A stretch of DNA of 64,000 bases, taken from positions 20,482-84,481 of the forward strand of contig JBGSUQ010000029.1 in NCBI GenBank assembly GCA_041753395.1, in the 5' to 3' direction. A program made the translations under genes and the position numbers. This document shows, piece by piece, positions 41,887 to 50,087 of the stretch. Origin of the DNA: Spirochaetota bacterium (GTDB lineage Bacteria > Spirochaetota > UBA4802 > UBA5550). The notes beneath the pieces were generated by a model. It had not been told where the DNA came from, did not search any database, and saw only the letters and a program-made list of their open reading frames with translations. The stretch's first letter is position 1; every line of letters begins with the position of its first letter.

Positions 41887-42622
41887 AGCCCGCCTTCTCC
41901 TTTCCGCGCATAGCGTCCCGCATCGACCTGAGCTCGGACACCTCGCCGCAGACGTCGGTAAAATCGCAGGTACCGCAGTCGAAGGACAGCTCCTTCGCCA
42001 TCTTGTTCATGGCGCCGATAAGCCGAACCGCCCGTTCGCCGACATGCTGCAGGGAGCGGACGTCCTCCGGGGACGATGTTACGATAAGCATCTCCACACC
42101 CCGCACATACTCCAGCTTCCGGTACCTTTCCATGAGCGCAGCGGCAAGCACTTCCAGGGAAAAGCCCTCCGCTATCGCCTGCCTGCTTATCCTGCTCCAT
42201 TCCCGCATGTACTGGGACACGGCCCGCATCATGTAGCCTTTAAGGTTCACGTCATAACGCGCCAGTTCGATCTCCCGGTGCCGGTCATAGCAATTGTTCT
42301 CGGTGAAACCGTCAACGTGAAGAATGACCGCCCTGCCCAGGGGAAGGCTGGCCCCGGCACTGACGGAAACATCCGGCCCGATGCGGGTGATCATTCCGTC
42401 CCGGACAAGGTCCGCATTCCCGGTCCAGACAAGAAATGACGCTGATTCGTCCCGGGGATTGCCGAGCTCAACAGCGGTATCGCATTTCAGCACGATGTTG
42501 CCCCGCTCACCCATGGGCCACGGCCGGTGAGCCGCGGCGATTTCGGCAAAGCCGCGGGGCGACACCTTCATCCCGTCCATCCAGGACCTGAGATCATGTA
42601 TGACTTCTTCAAACAATTTCAT
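41873..42622 (-). CDS. Truncated acetyl-CoA synthase (AcsB/CdhC) middle-domain homologue
   Basis: VELG..DGMITRIGPDV..LPLG..WSRISRQAIAEGFS..VEMLIVT..DCGTC....VC parallels AcsB DGKIEVIGPDI..LPLG..WLRVSKDAVAKGF..SCVLC..HVC (recalled sequence). Confidence 0.72.
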   Translation of the reverse strand: MKLFEEVIHDLRSWMDGMKVSPRGFAEIAAAHRPWPMGERGNIVLKCDTAVELGNPRDESASFLVWTGNADLVRDGMITRIGPDVSVSAGASLPLGRAVILHVDGFTENNCYDRHREIELARYDVNLKGYMMRAVSQYMREWSRISRQAIAEGFSLEVLAAALMERYRKLEYVRGVEMLIVTSSPEDVRSLQHVGERAVRLIGAMNKMAKELSFDCGTCDFTDVCGEVSELRSMRDAMRGKEKAGYERN

Positions 42623-42628
42623 TCAGCT

Positions 42629-43447
42629 CTACTCTACCAGGGCCCCTTCTTTCCGATGTTCCGTGGCAGGGGTGCCCCGCGCAGCATCCATCGCCATCAA
42701 GGCTGCTCCGATGGCGCCATTTATCTGGGGATTGTCTACCCTCAGGAGGTCTGTCCCAAGGGCGCTTTTAAGCGCCTCGAACATCCCCGCGTTCCTGGCA
42801 ACACCGCCCGTCATGACAATGTCCTTTTCAATCGTAATGCTTTTCGCCAGGGCCGCTGCCCTGTTGGCCACGGCATGATGAAGGGCGCGTATGATGTCGG
42901 AGATTTCGGCCCCATCGTTAACAAGGGATATGATCTCGGTCTCGGCAAAGACCACGCACTGGTTGGAGAGGGTTATCTTCTTCGCAGATTTCAACGAGAT
43001 ATCACCCAGGTCATCCAGTTTTATTTCTAGGGCCTCGGCTATGACTTCCAGAAACCTCCCGGTCCCGGAGGCGCACTTGTCGTTATAGATAAAGCGCGCA
43101 ACCGCGCCCGATGCGTCAACCTTGATGGCCTTGCAGTCCGGCCCGCCGATATCGATGACCGTTCTGGCCGTGGGCGCCTGCCATACCGCACCCCGGCCGT
43201 GGCACGCGATTTCCGATTCAACACTGTTGACGAAGGAGATATGCTTCCTTCCATATCCCGTGCCGACGCACCAGGATATATCTGTCATGGCCACGCCAGC
43301 ATTGTTCAGAGCCTGGTCCATCACCGCCCTGGCCGATTCCTCCGGCGACCGCTTCGCCAGGGCCATTGCAGATGCTACAATGCCATTTTCGTCAATAATG
43401 ACCGCTTTGGCGGTCAGAGAGCCAACATCGCATCCCGCAACAATCAT
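42629..43447 (-). CDS. Acyl-CoA dehydratase activase #2
   Basis: GCDVGSLTAK, GTGYGR, DIGGPDCK, NDKCASGTGRF, CVVFAETE; ATGA overlap with upstream gene. Confidence 0.92.
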   Translation of the reverse strand: MIVAGCDVGSLTAKAVIIDENGIVASAMALAKRSPEESARAVMDQALNNAGVAMTDISWCVGTGYGRKHISFVNSVESEIACHGRGAVWQAPTARTVIDIGGPDCKAIKVDASGAVARFIYNDKCASGTGRFLEVIAEALEIKLDDLGDISLKSAKKITLSNQCVVFAETEIISLVNDGAEISDIIRALHHAVANRAAALAKSITIEKDIVMTGGVARNAGMFEALKSALGTDLLRVDNPQINGAIGAALMAMDAARGTPATEHRKEGALVE

Positions 43448-44235
43448 GATTTTCCTCCTTGCGCCTTTTCCATCGCGATAAGGGCGGCGCCGATGGCGCC
43501 GGCGAGCTGCGGGTCCGCCCTGGTGACGCGCTTGATCCGGAGCCCCAGCAGTTTCTCCAGCGCCGAAACCACGCCGGCGTTCTTGGCCACGCCGCCGGTC
43601 ATGACCACGTCCCGCTCGAACCCGATGTTGTTGACGATAATAGACATGCGGCTGGCCATGGCGCTGTTGATGCCGGCCGCGATGTCCGCCACTGGGACCC
43701 CGCTGTTCAGGTACTGGATCACGTCCGCCTGGGCCCACACCGTGCAGGCCGACGCCAGGGTGATGGCATTCTTCGACAAGGCCGACAGCGCGCCGAGATC
43801 GCCAAGCTCCACATGGAGCACCTTTGCCATGACCTCGAGAAACCGGCCCGTGCCGGAAGCGCACTTGTCGTTGGCCGTAAACTTGATCATGTTCCCCTGC
43901 TCGTCAATGCGCATGGCCTTGCAGTCCTGCCCGCCGATGTCGATGACGGTCCGTGCCGACGGCACCAGCCACTGTGCGCCTTTGCCGTGGCAGGCTATCT
44001 CGGTCACCGCTTCCTGGACAAAGGATATCCTGTCGCGGCCGTACCCGGTCCCCACGCAGAAGCCTATATCCTGCATGGAAAGCCCGGTTTTGGAAAGGGC
44101 CTGGCCCATTGCCGCGTCCGCCGAATCACCCGGCCTCGCCTTCGATTTTATTATTACCGATTCGACCATCTTTCCATCTTTCATAATCACCGCTTTTGAC
44201 GTGAGAGACCCCACGTCGCATCCAGCCACCATCAT
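43444..44235 (-). CDS. Acyl-CoA dehydratase activase #1
   Basis: GCDVGSLTSK, GTGYGR, DIGGQDCK, NDKCASGTGRF, CTVWAQADV; ATGA overlap. Confidence 0.92.
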   Translation of the reverse strand: MMVAGCDVGSLTSKAVIMKDGKMVESVIIKSKARPGDSADAAMGQALSKTGLSMQDIGFCVGTGYGRDRISFVQEAVTEIACHGKGAQWLVPSARTVIDIGGQDCKAMRIDEQGNMIKFTANDKCASGTGRFLEVMAKVLHVELGDLGALSALSKNAITLASACTVWAQADVIQYLNSGVPVADIAAGINSAMASRMSIIVNNIGFERDVVMTGGVAKNAGVVSALEKLLGLRIKRVTRADPQLAGAIGAALIAMEKAQGGKS

Positions 44236-45641
44236 GGCAACAGCCTCCTTACCCGTAAAAATTCTTCCAGTCGGTCCTGTGAAGCCTCCCATGATTCTAC
44301 CCGGTCGTCAAAGGCGTCGCCGTACATGATGAATGTCGGGAACCCCGCCTGTTCCGTGTCCCGGGCCAGAAGCTTCACCATGCCCCAGGTGTTGCGGCAC
44401 CCCGGCGTGCCGTTGTATATGATGCAGTCGGCGCTGTACATCTTCGCCAGGGACAGCGTGTCCTGGAGCCACATGTCCGGCGCATCATAGGGCCCGCGGA
44501 TCGATTTGATCATGGGCATGCGCGAATTGTGATCGGCCATGGTCCTGATCATCGAGTCGAGATCCTTCATGTCGAAGGAGTACGCCGATGCCTCGGTGCG
44601 GTATTCCTTCACATGGGGCGCCGTTTTTGCCCAGGAGCGGCTGAGGATGTTCCCCTGGTAGCAGATGCCGTTTCTGTCCAGGAAATCCCAGAGCCTCAGT
44701 CCGTTCGTGTAGTGGTCGATATAGCAGAAAAAGGCACGCATCTTCTCTACGCCGCCGGTGAGGCCGGAAATACCCCTGGACGCGTTGTCGGACGCCACCT
44801 TGAGCATCGACTCCAGCACCACCGTGCACTCCTTCATGCCCGAGAAAAGGAATCGCGTTGCGTACAGCATCATGTTGAAGGTCACCGGAAGCGGATTGGG
44901 CACGATTCGGGCAAGGTCTTCCAGCTCCGCCACGATCTCCTCCTGCTTCTCGATCTCGCGAAGCACCACCCGAAGCTTGTCAATATCAAGCTTTCTCCCG
45001 GTGTTCTTTTCAATAAAGGCTATGAGGGCCTTGAAATCAGAATTATGGTATTTGTCGGTCCTGGGGTCCACCAGTACCGGCGGCATGTCGAGTGAAAAAA
45101 ACGGCTTCTTGAGATACGCCGCGGCGAAGGCGAAGGCGTTGGCGTTGGTATCACATACGCCGGGGGTATCGGTCAGGACCATGTCCACTTCAGCGCCCAG
45201 GCCGGCAAGAAACGCCCCGAGGGTTCCGCGCTGCGATGAGCATGACGTCTCCGTGTATCCCACCTCATTGCAGTAGTCCAGGAATTCCGCTGTTCCCCGT
45301 TTGTACGCAAAGGTCTGGGCGACCGAAACAACCTCAAGGCAAATCGGATAAACGTCCATGGCATAGAGTATGCCCGGGGAAAAACAGAACGTTGTTATGG
45401 CATTATGAAAACCCCTGTCCCGGGCCGTTATGTAATTCTCAAAATATTTCGTTATGCATTCAAGGAACAGCTGGCCCGGTTCCCCCGCATCAAGCACCGC
45501 TGTGACAGTGCCGTTGAAATAGGGAATATATTTCAGCATGGTCCGGAATTCCTTCTCGGAGCCGTTTCTCAGTTTCGCTGCAGCAGCGAATGTGGTCCAG
45601 AGCATCGAATCAAACTTGTATTCCTTTAATTCAGGTCTCAT
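44232..45641 (-). CDS. 2-hydroxyacyl-CoA dehydratase / BCR-family subunit (alpha/BzdO-like) #1
   Basis: ETSCSSQRG, PGVCD, FSLDMP, PGCRN, DAFDDR. Confidence 0.85.
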   Translation of the reverse strand: MRPELKEYKFDSMLWTTFAAAAKLRNGSEKEFRTMLKYIPYFNGTVTAVLDAGEPGQLFLECITKYFENYITARDRGFHNAITTFCFSPGILYAMDVYPICLEVVSVAQTFAYKRGTAEFLDYCNEVGYTETSCSSQRGTLGAFLAGLGAEVDMVLTDTPGVCDTNANAFAFAAAYLKKPFFSLDMPPVLVDPRTDKYHNSDFKALIAFIEKNTGRKLDIDKLRVVLREIEKQEEIVAELEDLARIVPNPLPVTFNMMLYATRFLFSGMKECTVVLESMLKVASDNASRGISGLTGGVEKMRAFFCYIDHYTNGLRLWDFLDRNGICYQGNILSRSWAKTAPHVKEYRTEASAYSFDMKDLDSMIRTMADHNSRMPMIKSIRGPYDAPDMWLQDTLSLAKMYSADCIIYNGTPGCRNTWGMVKLLARDTEQAGFPTFIMYGDAFDDRVESWEASQDRLEEFLRVRRLLP

Positions 45642-46789
45642 GCCGTTTTCCTCCTCTGCCCGATCCGCTCAAGAAACGCATCCACCCGCATTTTCAACCG
45701 GCCCGTTTCAACCAGGGGCCCATATTCGCGCTCGATTTTCAGGCAAGGTATGCCGGCCTCCTCGAGGTCGCGCTCAAAGAGTCCGTTCTCCGAACCATGA
45801 AGGTCGCAGAAGCGGATATTCTGCAAAATTACACCATCTATTTTAGCCTTTTCAGCCTTATCGGTAAGCATCTTCAGCCGGCCCGCATATTCGCCGTACA
45901 TGCGCGGACACTCGTTTTTGGCAAGGTACCGCATCGCTAGAGCCTGGATCGGCTCGTCCATCTCATCAACACGGTCAACATGGAAACGCGATCCGAAACA
46001 GAGGTTGTCAGCCACCACAATGGCCCTCTCCCCCTCGATCAATCGAATCAGGTTAACGTCATCGCTGGCGCTGCCCACGAGCATGAGTCGCACTTTGCCC
46101 TGCATCTCACCCTTGCTTTTTTGCATGTTGCCGATCAGGCCTTCCAGCAATTCGACATACACGTCGCGGGGCATCGTGGTCCCCGCGAGAATCACCGCCA
46201 GGGCCTCAGTCCCCGTTATTGCTGGTTTGTCGGCAATTCTCAGCCTGTCAAATTGCTCAAGGAGGTCGCGGCTTTTATTAAAGAGCTGTATTGTTTCCCG
46301 CAGCTTATCCTCATTAATTGAAACGCCAAAATGGCCCTCGACCGCCACTTTCAGCCGGAGGATCTCGTCGATAAACCATTTCACGGTGTAATCCGCGAAT
46401 TTGTGGGGCACGCCGAAATGAAAGAAGAACTTCGGTAGTACCCCAGTGATGTCTCCCCCAGCCTTGCGCCAGCACTCGTCGAGCCGCCGCATCGAATCGC
46501 ATCCCGGCGTGATGATGGCCCCGTCGAGAAAATCGAATTTGCCCTCGCCCGCCAGCTGCAGCATCGCCTTCGGAAGGCTGCAGATGAAGGGGCCGAAATA
46601 GGTGTCGCCTATGGTCGCCTCTGTCGCGCCGAACCCCCGAATACGGTACGGCAGGATCCCGGCCGCGTACAGGAGCTCGTCCGGAACGTACGAGCAGGTG
46701 TAACCCACCACTTTTTTACCGGCTTGCTTCCACTCACGGACATAGTCGTTATTGAGCGAGATTGCCGCTTCCATAAAAACAGTGTTCAT
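45638..46789 (-). CDS. 2-hydroxyacyl-CoA dehydratase / BCR-family subunit (beta/BzdN-like) #1
   Basis: GYTCSYVPDE, FICSLPK, GCDSMRR, DNLCFG, ECPRM, RFCD, GRLKMRVDAF; ATGA overlaps at both ends. Confidence 0.88.
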   Translation of the reverse strand: MNTVFMEAAISLNNDYVREWKQAGKKVVGYTCSYVPDELLYAAGILPYRIRGFGATEATIGDTYFGPFICSLPKAMLQLAGEGKFDFLDGAIITPGCDSMRRLDECWRKAGGDITGVLPKFFFHFGVPHKFADYTVKWFIDEILRLKVAVEGHFGVSINEDKLRETIQLFNKSRDLLEQFDRLRIADKPAITGTEALAVILAGTTMPRDVYVELLEGLIGNMQKSKGEMQGKVRLMLVGSASDDVNLIRLIEGERAIVVADNLCFGSRFHVDRVDEMDEPIQALAMRYLAKNECPRMYGEYAGRLKMLTDKAEKAKIDGVILQNIRFCDLHGSENGLFERDLEEAGIPCLKIEREYGPLVETGRLKMRVDAFLERIGQRRKTA

Positions 46790-48273
46790 TCTGTTGCCTC
46801 CGTGTGGTGAAAAACGTTCCTGAGCTTCTCGCATGCCTTTTTCATCTCATCTGACATCTCGCCGTCGGGAGCCATGAGCTCGGCAATGCCGCTGATGACC
46901 GGCGGCATTATCTCCATAGCGACCGGCTTCATCGATTGGACAACATCATCAACGAGCCACCCCGCAGTACCGGCCACCGCCTGCTCGTCAAGGGCGTTGA
47001 AAAACTGCGATAGGAAGTTTTTTATCGTCCCCGGCGACAGCTGCCGTACCTGGTTAAAAAGATTGCAGATGCTGCTCGTGGCGGCCGCCATCTCCTGGGC
47101 GTCCAGCTCGCTCATCCCCCGGGCGAATTCCCTCGCTATGTCCTCATCGGAGAATACTCTCTCGAAGGTATCGGCCTTCCGGCTCCAGGCCCGTACCCAG
47201 GACGCCAGCGACCTGAAATGGCTCTGGAAGAAATCAGCGGCGATTTCGGGATTCTCCTCAAACACTTCTATGACGGAAACCTTCACCAGGTCCCTGATTT
47301 CCCGCAGCATCCCCTGCGACTTAAGCAGGAGCGCGATATCAATCTCGGCAAGGGTCTCGGCAGCCAGGCGCGACACCGCCGCCGGAAAAGCATGGCTCCC
47401 CCTGTCGCCGACAAGGGCGCTCCCCGTGTGAAGCTTTCTTACAATTTCACTAACCTGGTTTACGAGCATACCGATGCTTTTTCCGTCCATGTCGCGCACC
47501 AGCGACATTATTACATCGGCCAGAAGATCCGGGGGCAGTTCATTAACCGGCCCGATGGTTTTCACTGCGGACCGGACAGTGATGTTCCCCAAGGCCGGAA
47601 TAAGCGACAGCAGGCACACCATTTTTGCCGGATATTGCCACAACTCCTCATTGATCATTCCTGCCACGGCAATGAAGCCGTCAGCCGAACCGTCCACCGC
47701 TTCCTTGATTTCCCCGAAATCAATTTCACTGATAAGTGACCGTACTTTGGGACGAAGCGCTTCGGTAAGGAATCCGGGCTCGTTCCGGTGCAGGTTTGCG
47801 CTTTTCGTCAGGTTGGTGACTATTTCGCCTATACCCCCCAGATCCGTATTATCAATTATTGATTTCAGGTGGCAGCGGCGCTCTTCCGCCGGCATATCCG
47901 AAAGACCCTTCGTAAAAGCGCCCAGACCGGCTATAACGGCATTGATGATCTCCGGCATCTGCGCGGAGGCCTGACGCACGAATTCCGGGTCCCCGCAGGT
48001 TTCGATTACCGGGCTCCCGGCGTAACCGCTCCGGGGAGCAAATCCCTTTGCCAGTACCCTCCCGGCGACACCCGCAAGTACCTTCTTTATCCTGCTCTTT
48101 CCTGCCCACACGTCAAGGACCTCGGGCAGCGCCGCGCGCATGACCTGACGGAATTCATCGGTCCGGGCGAAGGATTTTGCGAAACTGCCGATAAAGCCCT
48201 GACCCGCGTTCCATTGTGCGCCAATATCCCGGGCGAAGGTAGTATCTTTGCTGTTCATCTGTTGATCCTCCAT
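46786..48273 (-). CDS. Hypothetical all-helical protein with degenerate repeats, coupled to the dehydratase operon
   Basis: 495-aa ORF; its stop overlaps the next start (ATGA); recurring hydrophobic-D motifs (NTDLGGIG, EIDFGEIK, DMDGKSIG, ELDAQEMA). Confidence 0.75.
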   Translation of the reverse strand: MEDQQMNSKDTTFARDIGAQWNAGQGFIGSFAKSFARTDEFRQVMRAALPEVLDVWAGKSRIKKVLAGVAGRVLAKGFAPRSGYAGSPVIETCGDPEFVRQASAQMPEIINAVIAGLGAFTKGLSDMPAEERRCHLKSIIDNTDLGGIGEIVTNLTKSANLHRNEPGFLTEALRPKVRSLISEIDFGEIKEAVDGSADGFIAVAGMINEELWQYPAKMVCLLSLIPALGNITVRSAVKTIGPVNELPPDLLADVIMSLVRDMDGKSIGMLVNQVSEIVRKLHTGSALVGDRGSHAFPAAVSRLAAETLAEIDIALLLKSQGMLREIRDLVKVSVIEVFEENPEIAADFFQSHFRSLASWVRAWSRKADTFERVFSDEDIAREFARGMSELDAQEMAAATSSICNLFNQVRQLSPGTIKNFLSQFFNALDEQAVAGTAGWLVDDVVQSMKPVAMEIMPPVISGIAELMAPDGEMSDEMKKACEKLRNVFHHTEATE

Positions 48274-48275
48274 AG

Positions 48276-48370
48276 CCCCCTAAATCCCACTTCGACAGGC
48301 TCAGTGCGGCGCCCGGAGGGGGACTTTATTATACCAGCAGTAAAGCCCCCCGCTGGGGGGTTGGGGGGGC
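48276..48370. repeat. Composite REP-like element, full-length copy
   Basis: CCCCCTAAATCCC[ACTTCGACAGGCTCAGTGCGGCG]CCCGGAGGGGGACTTT...AAAGCCCCCCGCTGGGGGGTTGGGGGGG. Confidence 0.75.
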
Positions 48371-48398
48371 ATACTGAAACAGTCCCATGGCAATAACA

Positions 48399-49742
48399 TC
48401 AATGTTCGACTGCGTAGGCCGGCTGTTTCGCCCTGGAAGCGCCCTGCTTTTCCGCTGCAAGGTGTTTCGCGAGACGCTTGCCCAGGCAGACCAGGGTCAA
48501 TACCGGCGGAAGTCCGAAGGGCTCGGGAACGACCGAGCAGTCGCACACGTACAGGTTTTCGTATCCTTTCAACTTGAGATTGGAATCAAGCATGTGGCCA
48601 ATTCGTATTGTCCCGCCCGGGTGCGCCGCCAGTTTCCAGGTCTTGTAGATCCCCGTGGCGCCGGCATTGAGGAGTATGTTCTTCGCCATGTCGTAGCCCT
48701 TCCGGAGCTTTTCCCTGTCGGCGGGCGTAAGTCGTTTCCGCACCCCGCCGCGGTCCGAGAGATGCCCTGATAGATCGTCCCGTATTTTGATCATGATGCG
48801 CAGGGTCTTCCTGGTTTCAAGGAGCCTCCAGAAGCGGAAGGCCGAGATTGTGAAGGCCTGATCGAGTAAAAAAGGAACCGCCATGTCGGTCATCACAATC
48901 CCCTCGTTACGCATGACGCAGCCGGCAGTCATGGGGATCTCGTCTTTCCTTTTTTTCACGTTCTTGACCTTTCCGCAAACGGTGATGAGGGGATCGAAGA
49001 AATAGTTATACCCGGCGTTCCGTATCCCTGATTTGCGCAGTACCACCGGCGACCCAATGCCGCCGGCTGCCACGATCACCGTTTTGGCCATCACCTGCAA
49101 GGTGCGCCCCTTGTATTTCATTTCAACGCCAGTTGCTTTCCTGTTTTCGAAGAGTATCTTTTTTACCTTCGCCTTATTCAGCAGCACCGCACCCCGCGTG
49201 ACGGCCTCGTCAACGTGCATCTTGGCGCTCCACTTCACCTCATGGCGGTCGCCGTAATAACCGAAGCCGTACCCCGGGCGCCAGCGGTCCTGGTACATAA
49301 ACTTGTCGAGCTTTTTCCAGTCATACCCGAGGGCACGGGCACTTTCCATCATGCTCCTGGCCATCGGAGTCACCATTTCATCTTTAAGGGGTGCTATAGG
49401 GAGCTCCTTGCGAACCTCCTTTTCAGCCTCGGTCAGGTCAATGCCGTATTTCTTGAAAGCTTCATGGGCCACCGGGAATGCAGTCCCATAATAAAACACC
49501 GAGCTGCCGCCTGTGGTGAGACCGCGCACCATGCCGAGGAGCTCCGGCGTCAGCAGCAGGCTTTTAAAGGGAAACATCATGTAGGGCAGCGCCCAGAGAA
49601 AGGTCCCCTTTATCTTATTTCCGCCACTCCCTTCGAGGATGAGGACTTTTTTGCCTTTAGCGGCCAGGTCCCTGGCAACGCTTGCTCCCCCGGCGCCGGA
49701 CCCGACAACAATAACGTCATACTTCTCTTTCATTATCTCCAT
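48399..49742 (-). CDS. GMC-family FAD oxidoreductase
   Basis: VVGSGAGG, GGSS, AAGGIGSP, AHPGGT, NLYVCDCSV.P..G.PP.LT; GGAGG RBS. Confidence 0.9.
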   Translation of the reverse strand: MEIMKEKYDVIVVGSGAGGASVARDLAAKGKKVLILEGSGGNKIKGTFLWALPYMMFPFKSLLLTPELLGMVRGLTTGGSSVFYYGTAFPVAHEAFKKYGIDLTEAEKEVRKELPIAPLKDEMVTPMARSMMESARALGYDWKKLDKFMYQDRWRPGYGFGYYGDRHEVKWSAKMHVDEAVTRGAVLLNKAKVKKILFENRKATGVEMKYKGRTLQVMAKTVIVAAGGIGSPVVLRKSGIRNAGYNYFFDPLITVCGKVKNVKKRKDEIPMTAGCVMRNEGIVMTDMAVPFLLDQAFTISAFRFWRLLETRKTLRIMIKIRDDLSGHLSDRGGVRKRLTPADREKLRKGYDMAKNILLNAGATGIYKTWKLAAHPGGTIRIGHMLDSNLKLKGYENLYVCDCSVVPEPFGLPPVLTLVCLGKRLAKHLAAEKQGASRAKQPAYAVEH

Positions 49743-50020
49743 ATCTATCCTCCCATTATAATATACGTTAATTATATTGCAGTGCCTAACTTCGGTAATG
49801 CAATTGTACTCTGACTCCCGGCAACCGATCCAATAATTTGGACTTTTTCCATTTATGTATGATCCCATTCTCAAATGCCACATATTGAGTGATATTTGAT
49901 AATGGTATTATTAAAATAATTCCACAGATTGATTCTGGTAATAAGGAACATACCATTATTATAAATACCGGTGAATCAGCCTGAATGATATAATTATAAG
50001 ATATTAATAAAAAAAAGTCG

Positions 50021-50072
50021 TCCGGACGGATAATTCCAGAAAGAGCATTTTTTCCAGATTTATAAATCCAGA
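50021..50072. promoter_or_regulatory. Tandem direct-repeat sites, candidate AraC operator
   Basis: TCCRGA hexamers at 50021, 50035, 50053 and 50067: two TCCRGA-N8-TCCAGA sites 32 bp apart. Confidence 0.6.
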
Positions 50073-50087
50073 AATTTTACACTCGTT

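Noticed and set aside
41086-42622. Wood-Ljungdahl (CODH/ACS) gene cluster
   Set aside because: No cooS/acsA, acsC/D/E in the window; the AcsB-like protein is about one third length and lacks the CGC domain
43448-43864. 411-aa form of activase2 and other long 5' extensions (41179, 46834, 49883, 24130)
   Set aside because: Extensions are off-frame overlaps of upstream genes or intergenic DNA; RBS and ATGA overlaps give shorter starts
43199-44329. 376-aa plus-strand ORF and similar antisense ORFs in the GC-rich operons
   Set aside because: Antisense shadows of well-supported genes
37563-46789. Naming the genes bcr/bzd or hgd
   Set aside because: Family is clear but substrate is not; no benzoyl-CoA or glutarate pathway genes nearby
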